A stretch of 63,515 nt of DNA, counting the filler, from Perkinsus chesapeaki ATCC PRA-425 (taxonomy: Eukaryota > Protista > Perkinsozoa): the NCBI GenBank assembly GCA_013115145.1. It is 6 parts of 6 records of this genome, joined end to end, with 100 filler letters (N's around TTAATTAATTAA, not from the genome) between each part and the next. Parts side by side here need not be neighbours in the genome. Positions count along the whole stretch, not along the records: positions 40,790 to 51,984 come from JAAPAO010000855.1; positions 52,085 to 57,570 come from JAAPAO010001156.1; positions 57,671 to 58,678 come from JAAPAO010002286.1; 3 more parts are not named here. One strand, 5' to 3'. A program made the translations under genes and the position numbers. The notes beneath the pieces are model-generated. The model worked only from the letters and a program-made list of their open reading frames with translations. It was not told the origin of the DNA and did no database searches. Positions within the stretch are counted from its first letter, which is position 1. Each line of letters opens with the position of its first letter. Below, in pieces: positions 45,771 to 58,778 of the stretch.

Positions 45771-48318
45771 TCATCCTTCATATCGATATTAGCAGACTCC
45801 ATCGTTGAGCGGCGCGAACGCTACTCGAACCGTAGACTTCGATTCACTTCTGCTCAATGAACTATACTAAATATCAGCCCATATAGACACACAAACAGTC
45901 TAGATATACACCACTGGCCATATAGCAGTAGGGCGCTGCCTCTCTCCCCGGCAGCTACTAGTCCGTCGACTAGTACTCTTACCGAAAAAGTATTTATATC
46001 AGCTCCTCAGAATCGCACTACGTATTCGTAAAACACACGGAAGGGATTTTCGTGAATGAAGTCGAAAGAGGTCAGGGAAACCTTAGGAAGGCAAAACTGT
46101 ATTCACAAACAGCAATGATAACTTATTGCTAACTAGAGATTGTTTCCTGACGATTAGACTTCCGCCGTCTCCCCTATATGATGCTCCATCCCTTTTTACT
46201 ACCTCACATATTCCTCTTTATAAAAGTACTCCAGCGTCCTTTCCTCAAACTTCAACCTCTCATAGAAGAACCACCAAGCACATATTGTGTACAGTATAAC
46301 ACAAATACGATTACACCTATTAATAATAATCGCTCCACTATCCTCAACAGTAAATAAATGCTAAACAATTCGACCAATTACGTAATACACACCATCGCAT
46401 AGAAAAATATGTTAACATTGCTAAGCGCTCAAGAGAAGCTGGCGCAGGCGCTGTGAGTGCCCCAAAAAATGGATTCTCTTCAACATCGCCATACACGTGC
46501 CTGCCCTCCAATAGAAGCACACTGTGTCCGGAAAGTGTAGTGCAGTTGATCCCATCTTAATCACCAACGACAACCTCGTGATGAACTGGAGCTACGCGAA
46601 ATATCTCCCGCTCTTCGCGGAGTCGCGAGAAATTCGAAAACACCTGTAAACTGCTTCTCTTCAAATACGCAATATGAGCACGTTCGTTCGACTTAGAAAT
46701 CATCTATAACCTCCCCCCCCCATCACTACAGAACAAGCTGCATGCCAACAGCCCACCAAAACCATCCACTATATCCCGGATGACGACACATACGGTAACT
46801 GAAAGGGCCACCTCAGGACGGGGTCAGATTTAATCGATATTACGCTCCAGTAGTAACCAACTGTTGATCTCGAGCCTTCCGTAGCTCTATCCGGTGAGTG
46901 AAGCTTGAACCCGCACTGAAAAATGTGGAAAAAGTCCGGAAAAATTGGGGAAAAATTCCCGTTGAACCGACTAAGCTCATCCACTACTCTGGGGAAATTC
47001 AGCAGCGTGACTTTTATGCCGAAATATCCATTTTAACACATTTGCACATCCGAATGCTGAGCGGTAGGGGCTAAATTAGATCCACTCTATCGGCTGAAGC
47101 TTTCCCAGTTCTACCCAGTGTGCCCTGTTACCTGGCGAATGCAGCCCACCGGAGCAGCAAGCCACCGATAGTAATAATAACACCAATAACTTCGATTCCC
47201 CGAGACCTAGTATATCCAGCGAAAGTGTATTCTGCACAAGCTGCTGTGAGTGCTATCGTATAGGCGGCGGAGTTGTTCACTAGAAACGTACTGTACCTGA
47301 GGGTAGGTCTTAGGTGTGATCAAGAAGAGGCAAAGTTATGGGACAGTATCCGGCACAGTAAGTAGCAGCTTCATTTCAGGAGTCTACATTTCAAATAAAG
47401 ATCGGATGTCCCTATTTCCGCTTACGATATATTCTCCACTGCCTGGAAGCGACAGTTACATACGAATTCGCCATAGTGAAACAGGACCACTGCGCACACC
47501 TAATTGCAAGTGTACCCAGAATCCCGAGCCAGTCCCAATTACGAATGCCTGCAAGGGGATATCGATGTGAGCGGCAGCTAGAGTAACAGAGGAGCCAAGG
47601 AAAATACCTGTGAGAAGGAAGATGACTAATTAAGCACGCTTAAACACAAGGTAATAGGCTCTGTGGTGCAGAGTATACGGATCCAAAGGGGGCGTAGGAG
47701 TCATAAGTATACGGAATGACGGAGCCGAAGGGTTTAGGGAGTCTCTGTATGTTATGCGTATCGATTGCGGTTGCGATAGGCTACTGATTTTGCAAAGGGG
47801 TTAAGTCGACCAGATTTTATTCATTCTTGAGACGACTGCGTCAATCTCTATTCTTACCCAAAGTAGCTGATGTGGCTCCTAGCACCAAAGGGCACCGACT
47901 GTCCGGATTGATACAGGCTAGGCCGATAACAGCAAAGATGAGGAGGGCAGACACTTCTACCTGAGAGGCATCAAAGTCGGGGTGGACGCAAAGATAGTAA
48001 AATCTTCAAAGTGCAATTGAAATTTTTTCAATGATTTTATGAGTGGTTAAATAGATTCTCAAGGCGATTGGTTGGATGTCTGCTGAATTAACCCTCTCAG
48101 TCGTATAAGGAACGCACTTATCGGAGACTCACATAATTAGGGGATATTGTCGCTTGTTGGTTGAGGCCCCAGGAGGCAAGGAAAGCTCCAAAGGGAGCCC
48201 CGAGCCAGAATGCTAGGAGAGCTGGTAATGCAGGATGATGACGATGGACATTACTTTTTAATTTAGGCATGCACTTAGTCAAATAATATCTGTAAAATCG
48301 GAATAGTCGAAAGAATAG

Positions 48319-48414
48319 TAGCAAGCCTGGGATTTGAACCCACGCCCTCTGGCACGGAAAACGAAAAATGTACCCCGCGCTCGCCCATTCGACCAAATTC
48401 ACGGATGAGCTGCC
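48319..48414 (-). pseudogene. tRNA-Leu-like relic or tRNA-derived SINE head
   Basis: GGCGTGGGTTCAAATCCCA T-arm/B-box and a GGCAGC 5' end, but acceptor and anticodon arms fold poorly. Confidence 0.3.
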
Positions 48415-49202
48415 CACTAAGGTTAGGTCTAGGCCCTTCAGGCGCCCATAAAGACCTAAATAAGCGAATACCATAAGCGTTAGGTAGCTCTTTAGAAGTT
48501 ACTAGCACTTGGGCCTACGAGAACACCCTCAAAGGATTCCATTTGAATTCCCAAAGTTCCCTACGGCACTTGGTACAAATAGTTATATAAAAATAAGTTA
48601 CCGTATTTTACAACCCTCTTCGAACGTTATTATGATAATTGAATAATACTTGATAAAAATATTGGATGGAGGTTGTAAAAGTTGCTGTAGAAAGAATCTT
48701 ATCGAAATAGCAAATGTTAAACCTAATTCGGGACATCAATCTTTGCAGGTTAGTCAAGTTGCAAAGTCAACTGATGGCATGAGATGTACATCTGCAATTT
48801 CCGTAGATAATTGCCTTTTCTAGATGCGGAATAGGCCTTGAGAACATATAGCAATTTTAGAAGCAGTTGGTCTATTGGACCATGTTTTGCGTATACTACT
48901 CGCCAAGACACACTCTTATGGCTAGCTAGCCGGAAACTCCTTTATCACTTGTTTGGTTATAACACACCGAGAAGCATTTCCTATTACCATTCTCGATCTC
49001 GCAAAAAGAGTAATATCTTTCCCTTTCCATCCAGGTCGTTGTGTTACTCAGTTCCAATTCTACAGGGTTCGACAACTCACGTTTCAGACTGCGGAAGTTA
49101 AATGCGTCAGCATCTCCGGTCGGTGGCATGTGGCCTTCTGAGCAGGATTCCCCACAAAGGAGGCCCCAAAGCCGAGTCGAAATTGACACTGAAAATTAAA
49201 GC

Positions 49203-51984
49203 GTGATTAAGAAGGGGTTCTTTTGGGCAGGTCGGCAAGATCCTGGCTTTTCGGAGTGGAGTAACCCATTGAGATTTCGGTTATGTATGTGTTTGTGTAT
49301 TGGCATCATTGAGTTGGCATTGTATTGTTATTTGATGATCTTTATTAGCATTGATCATTCAGTAATTGTTAATGATAACCAATGACATCACAAAATGATG
49401 ATGAGTTAAATAAAATATCAACAATTAGAAGTGGAGAGGAAGGTAATATTAAATATCATAAATAATGAAACACATCCGCACTATATATCAATTATTATTA
49501 TTCTACAGGGTGCGTTGAATTGCCTTCATAACTTTTAATTACCAAACTTGATATTAACCGATAGCCCATTCGAAAATATACGAGATGGTTTGCCCCGCAC
49601 TACTCATCCAGCTACTTGGACACGCAACATTGGAAAATGTAAAGATTCTGGGAGGGCTACGAAAGGGAATTGAAATGACCTTATTAACCGAACAGAGTGA
49701 GATGTGGAGGCATTTCAAACTCTTTTTAAGATAATCGGTCAACAATTATAATTTTCGTCAATTATTCTTGCCGATTTAATACATCATTAATATTATTTAA
49801 TCCTTCAGTTTCAACTGGTCGATCGTCTTCTAGGCCTCCACTTCTGACTCTACCCAGTTATGATCAAACTGATCATTTGCCTCATCGAGGAAGAACTTTG
49901 GTAAAGAAGTAAACTAAATAAAATATAAATAATAAATTTAGGCCCTCCTGGTTGTTACAACTTTACTACTTAATTTCGATCATGGTGCAATTCCAGCTGC
50001 ATTGGTTGATATCGCTGCGGAGATGAAATTGAATTTTACAGAACAGGTATTAAAGGGATAAAGGGACGAGACATTTAATAAATTACACTTGTAATTTAAC
50101 AGTGATGATGAGATGACGAAATATTAAATAACTCAATGGCTTCCGAATACAATTGCCCCTTTAAGAAGATTACATTAATCCGACAAAGTCGTCAATTTAC
50201 ATATCTATCCAACGTAGAGAAATCAAAGTGAGATTGAAGAATGAATGGATTAAATAATATAATTTAAATTAAGTTATGTTTCATCCTCCGTTTGTTGAAT
50301 CACCACCAGAGGTATCGAATTATCATTAATAAAGTAATTAAGAAGATCAACTCTTTTAATTACCTCTCGGATGGATATTTCTACCTGTTGTTTATCCTTC
50401 TTCAGTCCTTACTCGGTGCGTTGGTATTTGCTGGCTTGACTGTTGGTTCGCCAGTGGCAGGTTATGTACTTCAAAGATTCTCTCCAAAGCTCATTATGAT
50501 GGTATTAATAAAGTCGATGATTTTATAAACTTTAATGATTTCAGGTTGCCATAATAATTGAGACTCTCGCTCTATGGTTCTTCAGTATGAGTAGGACTAA
50601 AGGATTGGTGTATGTCATCCTTTATCACCAATTCGATCAGATCATCCATCAGATACATCTTCCGTTTCATTACTGGTATAACACAGTCATTTCCTATTAT
50701 TTATGTAATAATCCCATCAATCAGCATCCTTCTATCATTTCCAAACTCTTCGAATGTTTAAAGATATTCCCTTTTAGGTGCCAGTGTGGGTTGATGAGTT
50801 TGCCCCAATAGAATCTCAAACCCAATGGATGGGATATGTTCAGATTGCTGTAGCAGGCGGAGCGATGGTTGGATATTTGGTAAGACATCTCACCACCTCA
50901 AGGAGAGTTCCACCATTTTTGAAATCTTTACTGCTACTCAATATCCGAGCCTCCGAGTTTAGCTTGCGTATTTTGTATAGTACCGTTGATATCACGGTCG
51001 AGTCGGAATTATGCCAATGTGGACACCTCTAAAAAACAGCGGGAAATGGAAATCGGTGGGAGAAACCGATACGAAAGTTGTTGCTCCGGAAACTGCTCGT
51101 GCAGTCTTCACCAGCGCCACTTCGCCAGAGTTGGGTTAGCTATCTAGGTGGCTCGTTCAGCGATGTTGACAGAACTGCCGGTGGTTACTGCTTGATGCGA
51201 GCGTTCGACCATCTCTAAAGGGCCACGGCGCATGCTGTCTACGCTCAATAAAAGACTGGCATGAAAATTAATACTAAGATTGAAGAGATGAATTCCGTCC
51301 GCCGAAACATTACGCCTGTTTGACCTGGACGCCTTCACGAGCTAGGTTGCGGTAATGATATCGCGTGGAGGTTTCATATTGGAGCTCAGGCGATCAGCCA
51401 CCCACAGCTAGCGCCAGAAAATTTCCGAACGCCCTCCAAAGCCCGAATCGCGATATCGTCTGGTTTATGGGCGATCAACTTGAACTATTCTTGGTGTTAG
51501 GTTGCCGGGTTAGTGGCCAGATTTGGTGGTAGCGTACATCTAACGTGGCGGTTTAACTTCTTCATTCAAGCAGTGATGTTCATCCCTTGCCTAGTCGGGT
51601 TCCTAGTGGTAAGTATTATGCCAGTGCTGTCTGACCGGCGAGGACCATACCGACTCAGACGCCCAAGAAGCTGATCGATGTGCCACAGGATCATTACGAC
51701 TATGGCGAGTTTGCCAGTCGAAGCTTGTAAGGAAAAATTAGATTTGTTCTAAACGGAAATGCTTATGCGCTTCTCCGCTGCAATTTTTGTCAATTCCGCA
51801 ATGCAGAGTTCTCGAACGTCTTGAGCCATCCGACGATTCCGAGGTTGATACCCATCATTCCCAATACCGTCCACATCCTCGCACCGCGCGGATTTGCGAA
51901 TTACACCGCCTTTACCCGGTTCCTTCCTCCCGGGTGGTTGGGTGTCGATACCCGAAATTGGAACCCGAAACCCGCGGCCCGTGC
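49203..51984 (+). CDS. Second Spinster-like MFS transporter copy, inverted, runs off the contig end
   Basis: Same exons as the 41394-43848 copy; later exons VAGLVARFGGSVHLTWRFNFFIQA and TPKKLIDVPQDHYDYGEFAS are diverged. First exon unresolved. Confidence 0.75.
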
Positions 51985-52084
51985 NNNNNNNNNNNNNNNN
52001 NNNNNNNNNNNNNNNNNNNNNNNNNNNNTTAATTAATTAANNNNNNNNNNNNNNNNNNNNNNNNNNNNNNNNNNNNNNNNNNNN
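51985..52084. other. Artificial contig linker
   Basis: 44 N + TTAATTAATTAA + 44 N. Confidence 0.95.
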
Positions 52085-54060
52085 TCCGGGACAGCTCTCC
52101 GATCCGATCGTCCGGGCTTTCTGAAGGGCTACATTACACCATGGAAAGGCGAGTGGCGAAATACCGGGATCAAAGCTTCGGGGACTGCTAAGTTCACCGA
52201 GGATAACTTGGCCTATGACTTGTGCCATGAACTCGCCCGCATTTTGAGGTGGGATGCGCCCGGATTCTTGGTGCAGCGCAAACAACGCTTTCGTCATTTT
52301 CTTCTTATCGCATCGGAATCGCAAGATACCGAACACGGCAGTGGCCAACGGCAGCCCGCTACTAGAGAGTGTCTTCCATGAGTTATCGACGGAGGCCGCT
52401 GCATTCAGAGTTGGTCTAGCTCCTGGGGTTTTGCCGGGATTAAGAACCTTGCGCACGTCGCTCAAAGTGATATCGGCGTACTCGGTCCGCATGGCAGAGA
52501 TGAGCTGTTTGAAAAGGCCAAAGTGCATTTCTGAAATGCTCATGGAGGACGGTGGAAGAGAGTCTACATCGGGTCCACAGGCGGACTCAGGTTGCATACT
52601 ATAGAAGGCGATACCAGCAGCCACGACAACGGCGAGCTCATCGGAGAGGATGTGCTCGCCAATGAGGTCCTCGTTGTCTCGGCTGTACCACGGCAGATAT
52701 CTGAGTAGCTGAGAGGAGCCAACAACAGTGTGACTGCTACTTGGCAAACTTTACGAAGTTCATATGTTTCTGTTGCTCCCTACGGAATTCCCGGTAAACA
52801 ATCTTGGCTCCGCGTAGAGCGTTGTGAAGAAGCACCGTGTCAGCCTGAAGACTGCACTGACCGAGGGCACTGCCAGCAGCAGCTATCAAGGTCTCCCGAC
52901 GCACCTCCGGTATGTGCCGGCCGTACCACTCATTGGCCTCGGCAGCATCGATCCATACGAGAGGTTCATCACCTTCAAGGATACCTTTGCTTAGGAAGTG
53001 GGTTCCCGCAGTGGTGAATTCTTGGAAAGCTTGCCACAGGCTGCTCGCGCGCATCCTGATTTTGTCTTCGGTAATAGGATTGTATAGAATGTGAGTAACA
53101 AAAGACGGACTTCCCGCCAGTAGAGCAGCAGCCACTGTACAACTATCAAACCAGCACTCTCCAGGGTGGCTGTCTGCTAAGTTCTGCACGAAACTGTCAA
53201 TTTCTCGATGGTCAGGGGCTACCAGACCAAAGAACTTCCAGAGCCCCAAATTGATACAGCACAGCAACGATGTGAGCTCTTGTGCAGTGAGGACTGGGTC
53301 GCCTGCTCTCAGTTTATGTGAATCACTGGCCTCGAGGGAACGCAAGTGGCATTGCCCGCTGTAGACCGCGAAGGCGAAACTGAGGTGGTCGCGAATGTTT
53401 TCTTCGATGGAACCATTAGCAGACGAGCGTGAGAGTAGGCTCAGGCCGATGATAAGCACGATTGGGTCAATGGGCTGGTCTGAAAGTGCCTGGATGAGCC
53501 GATAAGTACTGAGTGAAACTGGGAGCACCTCACCTCCTCTAGGAACTCCGGAGAGCCTAGCAGAGGCTCAAGCCTATCCATCGCTGTTTGNNNNNNNNNN
53601 NNNNNNNNNNNNNNNNNNNNNNNNNNNNNNNNNNNNNNNNNNNNNNNNNNNNNNNNNNNNNNNNNNNNNNNNNNNNNNNNNNNNNNNNGAACTGGGAGCA
53701 CCTCACCTCCTCTAGGAACTCCGGAGAGCCTAGCAGAGGCTCAAGCCTATCCATCGCTGTTTCCGGTGGAATTGGTCGACTGCAACCAGAAGGCGATGTA
53801 TAGAAGCCGGGAGTCCCCTCTAGAATCTGACCGTGCAACGCCCACCAGGCGTCAGGCGACGTTTCCAAGCACTGCTTGGCCAGAGACGGATTGCAGATAA
53901 TGAGCGATGGACACCGTGGTGGTGTATTTCCCATGGGCAGCTGGCTACGACACTCGACAGTGAATACAATGGTAACACAGAACCAGGCGTGACCCTTGAA
54001 GTGTACAGTTGCTGACATGTTATCATGCACTTGGAAATGCTTAGGCAAAGGCACCATCAT
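52085..54060 (-). CDS. Large hypothetical protein, 3' end cut off
   Basis: Three successive long minus-strand ORFs (53557-54060, 52737-53528, 52085-52747) in a GC-rich segment; junctions unresolved (introns, frameshifts or gap). Confidence 0.6.
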
Positions 54061-56410
54061 CGATAGGGCGAAGCTAAAGCGGCCATGATCGACGCCCTCA
54101 CTGACATGCGCGGCTTTTTCCCTTGCATCGCCCGCAGCCTGTGACTGTCGAACCGAGGGAAACGGTCTGTCAATGCAAGGTGAGACCTTCGAGCCGGGAG
54201 GGATCCGCGCTGCTCCATAGATGTAGCGGACATGGCGTTCTCGGTGGCCGAGGCTGTGGATAGCTGCTCCTCTTCGCTGGAGTCGCAGTACTCCCAATCA
54301 CTGTCGCTTGCAGCCAAGCTTGTTGGTTCCTCAGAAGTCAGTGGAGGGTCGACTGGACTCACCGGTCGGACAGAGCTCCTTGTAGAGTCGGCGCCGAGCA
54401 ATCTCGAGGGGATTCCGACTCTATCAAGTTTGAGGCTTCTACGCCCCGGACGACCACAGGCGGGCCGCCCAAAAGGTGGCTGGATCGGCCTTCGACTTGC
54501 TCGAAATAGGGCGTTGGCCTTGGCTCTTGCTGCCTCGTCGCTTCCTAGCAACTCGAGCTTCCATGTCTTCAACTTCTGCCCACTGTGGCACCCTCTGTCG
54601 AACAGCGACACCAGCAGGGAATGGTCCCTGGCACCTCGACCAACCCTAACAACAGCGGCATGAAGTAGGTTATCAATGGCCCTTGGCAAAGGCTCGCAGG
54701 TGTCGCCGCCAGAATCTATTCCCAACTGACCAGAGCTGTTGTCGCCCCAGGCGTATGCCACACCATGTAGCGTTATGGCCAGAGAGTGACAGTGGCCAAG
54801 CTGCAGGCCGCAAACTCCTCGCCCGCGGAAGAACTCGACCACTTGAGGTCGTGCTTCCCTGAAGGAGCGACGACCTGTGCTGTGGCTGTGAATGTCACCA
54901 TTGATGGCGGATGTGAGACCCAGCTGGCCATGGGAATTCGATCCCCACATAAGGACATTCAGATCAGAGTCAATGACGCCTGTATGTGAGCCTCCACAGC
55001 AAACAAGTCTGGCAACCTTAATGCTTTCAACCTTTACAAACCGCCGACAGTCTTTAAGCGTCCCGAACCCCAGGCGGCCATCCTCACCGGAACCGCAGGT
55101 CATCACAGCACCAGAGTGCGTGAGCAGCGCGCTGTGTGTAGTTCCCAGAGAGATCGCCAGAACGCGCTCCTCCAAGTCCACTTGATGAGGGGTCCACATG
55201 TTAGTTTCTGTCCCGTGCCCTAAGGCGCCGAAAATTCCTCGGCCCCAAGTATGCAGTAGCCCGCTAGAGTCTATCGCCGCAGACATGTCCCCACCAGCAG
55301 CAATCGAAGTCAACCTGGGACGGCCGGGCACGTCCACACGCACAGGGTCACTACACCGGGAGCTTCTGCCGATCGGCCCGAAGCCGAGCTGGCCATGGTC
55401 CGGCCGACCGAAGGCAAAGGCCTGGCCATCGAGAGATAGGACTAAAGTGTGGTTGGCCCCACAAGCGACCGAGACGATGTAGCACTCGCCGAGAATCCCC
55501 TCCACTCGCCGGGGCACGTCAACGTACCGCCGGCCCTCGAGCACCTTCGAACCAGCGTGCATGCCCAGAGCCGCTCCGTCGACAGGATAGCCCAATTGGC
55601 CCTGGCTACCGTCGCCCCAGCTGTAGACTGTACCGTTGCCCAGTAACGCAACGCTGTGACCATCCCCACCGCCCAGGTCTATAATAACCGCTTTGGAGGG
55701 CAGGCTGATAACCTCACCCGGCTTGGATACACGGTGCTGGAAGCGAGCCACTTGGGGTGGATATTCTCCAGGCTGCAGTCGTCTTGACCACGACGAGGAG
55801 GATGAACTCAGTGGCGTCGTAGGTCTGGTAGGCCGAGCAGTGAACACCGTCGAAGTGGTAGCCGAGGCGGCATCCAGAATCATCTTGGGCCCNNNNNNNN
55901 NNNNNNNNNNNNNNNNNNNNNNNNNNNNNNNNNNNNNNNNNNNNNNNNNNNNNNNNNNNNNNNNNNNNNNNNNNNNNNNNNNNNNNNNNNNTACACCTTG
56001 AGACGGAATGAGATTCCGTCCATGGCTCTGAACTTGGACGTGACGTAGTGAAGTAGATCGTAGCCCAGCTCGTCACTGTTGTCGCTCGCTCCGGGAGCAT
56101 CGACCGACTTCGCCCTCACAACAATTCGGCGAGGGACATCATAGTCAGAGTCGGTGAAGTGCATCGAATCAGGAATGACCGTGACAACGCCCATGGGAGC
56201 TCGGATTGACAGGACCACAGTCATTGGGGGAGGTTGGCTGAGTGCGATTTCATAGAAGTCGCAGGCGCCCCCTTGAACCACCAAAAGGTCGGTGCTGATG
56301 TCATTTGTGGCCCTGCAGGTTCGAACGACAACACCCCGACTGGCTGGGTCGGTGACTTCCTCTAGGGCTTGCAGGAGGGTGAGGGAAAATGAGGAAGGCC
56401 ACCTGCTCGA
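54057..56410 (-). CDS. RCC1-repeat protein, probably with an N-terminal Ig-like (Calx-beta/cadherin-like) module
   Basis: 608-aa ORF with repeated GxxHS/T...xWGxxxxGQLG units; upstream ORF LLVVQGGACDFYEIALSQPP...VTVIPDSMHFTDSDYDVPRRIVVRA lies across N gap 55893-55991. Confidence 0.85.
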
Positions 56411-56485
56411 TAGAATTCCACCTTGACAATTTACCAAACTCCAGAGGTTTTGGGAATGCGATGAAACAGTAAATATAACAGACAG

Positions 56486-57570
56486 TTACTTCTTCGACTT
56501 CTTGCTTTTGCCGCTCTTATTAGCCCGAGCTACCGCCTCGGGATTGGCTGCGATCCACTCATCAACCTGCCCTTGCAGCCACGATTTGAACTCCTCTGGG
56601 TCCTGGACCGCCATGCTGCACTGGCTCAGCAGTCTGTCAATCTGGATCTCCAACAGAGCACTGAGGCCTTCCCCTCGAGGCATGCCAAAGTCATTCACTA
56701 GAGACGCTCCATTCACAGGAGCACGCCAATCCCAGCAACCCACAAGGCCGCTCTGAATCGCGTTTTGCCGGCAGTTCACGTAACGTTGGCGGTCGCTAAT
56801 CGGCGCGAGGCACTCGGCAAGGCAAAGAGCTACAACCCAGTCGTCCTTGAGGTAGCGCATAAAGTGTCCCACGAAAACAGGGCTGCTGAGCTGTTCCTCT
56901 GACCATGTCGACAGCCCCGAGGCCACCTCGCTGATGGCAGAGGCCCGCTCAGCGTCAGCGTTGGGCAGTTTGAGACCGTGCCTCAGAACACCATAGCAAG
57001 CACAGCGTGGCGGCTTGTTGGGCTTCTCTCTGACGTGGAGCCCGTAGACCCCCGCTGTGAGGATGGCAAGTGTCAGAGCGTAATGCTGGTCGTCTGTGAG
57101 AGGGTGGTCCGGCTCGACTTCGCGGAGTCGCTTGACAAGGGTTCTGACCATGGTCCCTTGGCACTCTGGGCCGGAGGTTGGTTCCTCGAATTTGGCCGGC
57201 TCGCCGACAGTAGTGAGTACGTTGATGATACCAAGACTGGCAAGCATGTCCAGGGAACTGAAAACAAGGACATTACAGCGGGAGATGGGTTGGTTAAACT
57301 TACTCTAAACTGGTGGCGCGCCGGACCAGCATCTTGTGGACCTCGACGCCCCATCGCTCCCGGGACACTTTAGTAAGCAGCAAACCATATATGTGAGGGT
57401 TCGACGCCGCCTGAAGCCGAGGCAGTGGGGGGATGGAACTGGACAGGGCCACCAACCTTCACGATTTCATTGTCCAACTTGAACCCAAGCCTCGTAGCGA
57501 ATCTCACGGCACGCAAGATACGCAAGGGGTCGTCCTGGAATGTTATCGTTGGCTCCAGTGGCGTTCGGAT
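56486..57570 (-). CDS. CCA1: CCA tRNA nucleotidyltransferase, C-terminal part (5' truncated)
   Basis: [33 protein letters not shown] and [15 protein letters not shown], then a long last exon to stop 56486. Confidence 0.92.
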
Positions 57571-57670
57571 NNNNNNNNNNNNNNNNNNNNNNNNNNNNNN
57601 NNNNNNNNNNNNNNTTAATTAATTAANNNNNNNNNNNNNNNNNNNNNNNNNNNNNNNNNNNNNNNNNNNN
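57571..57670. other. Artificial contig linker
   Basis: 44 N + TTAATTAATTAA + 44 N. Confidence 0.95.
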
Positions 57671-57672
57671 TG

Positions 57673-58678
57673 AATCACTATGCTAGACGTGGGGGTAAAA
57701 CCCAGAATGATCTACAAGGAGTACTACTTCAACTACGGAGCTTCAAGTTCTTCATCTCCGCAGACGTGAGTAAAGCTTTTTGTCAAATGAAGGCTTCACT
57801 CTACGACGTTGGCTACTCTAGTTACACGTGCATTGGCAACTACACCGTACTATGGTCTAGTATCGCTTTTGGCAGTAACAACGCTCCGTGTATGCTGGAA
57901 GCGTGTAGCAACGACGTTGTCTCCGAGATCAACAGCTTAACTACAAGTGCTACGTCTACCTATAGCTCTACTGCAAGTGGCGTACTGATAGCTCCACGAC
58001 TTCTGTCAGACGAGCAGATCGAGAAGGCTCTCTTGAGACCCTCTGCGACTGGCGTCGACTACGTGCTACGAGGACCTTCTATACCTATGCGTACTCTACT
58101 ACTAAAGTACGTGGACGACCTCTACTTCGGTGGCAAAACTAAGGACTCAGCACGACAGAGCTACGACTTTGGTACCCACATCTTTAATGGTCACGGATTC
58201 AACTCCGACCCCGTCAAGAGCTTCTGCAGCTGGTTAACTAACGACGTCGATGATGACAACAAGAAGAAAAGTGTTCTGGGGTACGTTCTACGATTAGACC
58301 TTGATAAGTTCTTCGCTGTCTACTCTGGTTACGTACCCGACAACAAGGTCACGAAGCTCCAGGCGTGCGCTGCACTAGCATCTCTCTACGACCCCCTAGG
58401 CCTCTACGTAGAACTAGATCTACAAGGACGTCTTCTATGGAGAGAGATTTGTAGTCTCTACAAAGGCTGGGATGACACTATCAAGGAGGAGCTGGTACAA
58501 CGACTTAGGATTTGGGCTACGACGTGCAGAGAAGTTACTACTACTATAGGTTTCGAGAGATACATTGACCTCGAGAACTACCCCCTACTAATATCATCAG
58601 ATGCTTCTGGTGAATGTTGGGGTGTCGACGTTCGGTGCGTGGACGGAGATGATACTACTACTAGAGTAATGGCACGTG
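57673..58678 (+). mobile_element. BEL/Pao LTR retrotransposon pol fragment (RT plus Pao/RNase H region)
   Basis: Open across the whole piece: LLQLRSFKFFISADVSKAF, FGSNNAP, YVDD, VLG, LASLYDPLG, GWDD, SDAS. Confidence 0.9.
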
Positions 58679-58778
58679 NNNNNNNNNNNNNNNNNNNNNN
58701 NNNNNNNNNNNNNNNNNNNNNNTTAATTAATTAANNNNNNNNNNNNNNNNNNNNNNNNNNNNNNNNNNNNNNNNNNNN
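58679..58778. other. Artificial contig linker
   Basis: 44 N + TTAATTAATTAA + 44 N. Confidence 0.95.

Noticed and set aside
46100-47600. Scattered exon-like fragments between the MFS copies
   Set aside because: No consistent frame, splice chain or recognisable motif.
53524-53765. About 70-bp direct repeat on both sides of N gap 53591-53688
   Set aside because: Typical unmerged contig overlap; probably an assembly artefact.
54232-56001. Many 60-140 aa plus-strand ORFs
   Set aside because: Antisense shadows of the GC-rich RCC1 coding sequence.
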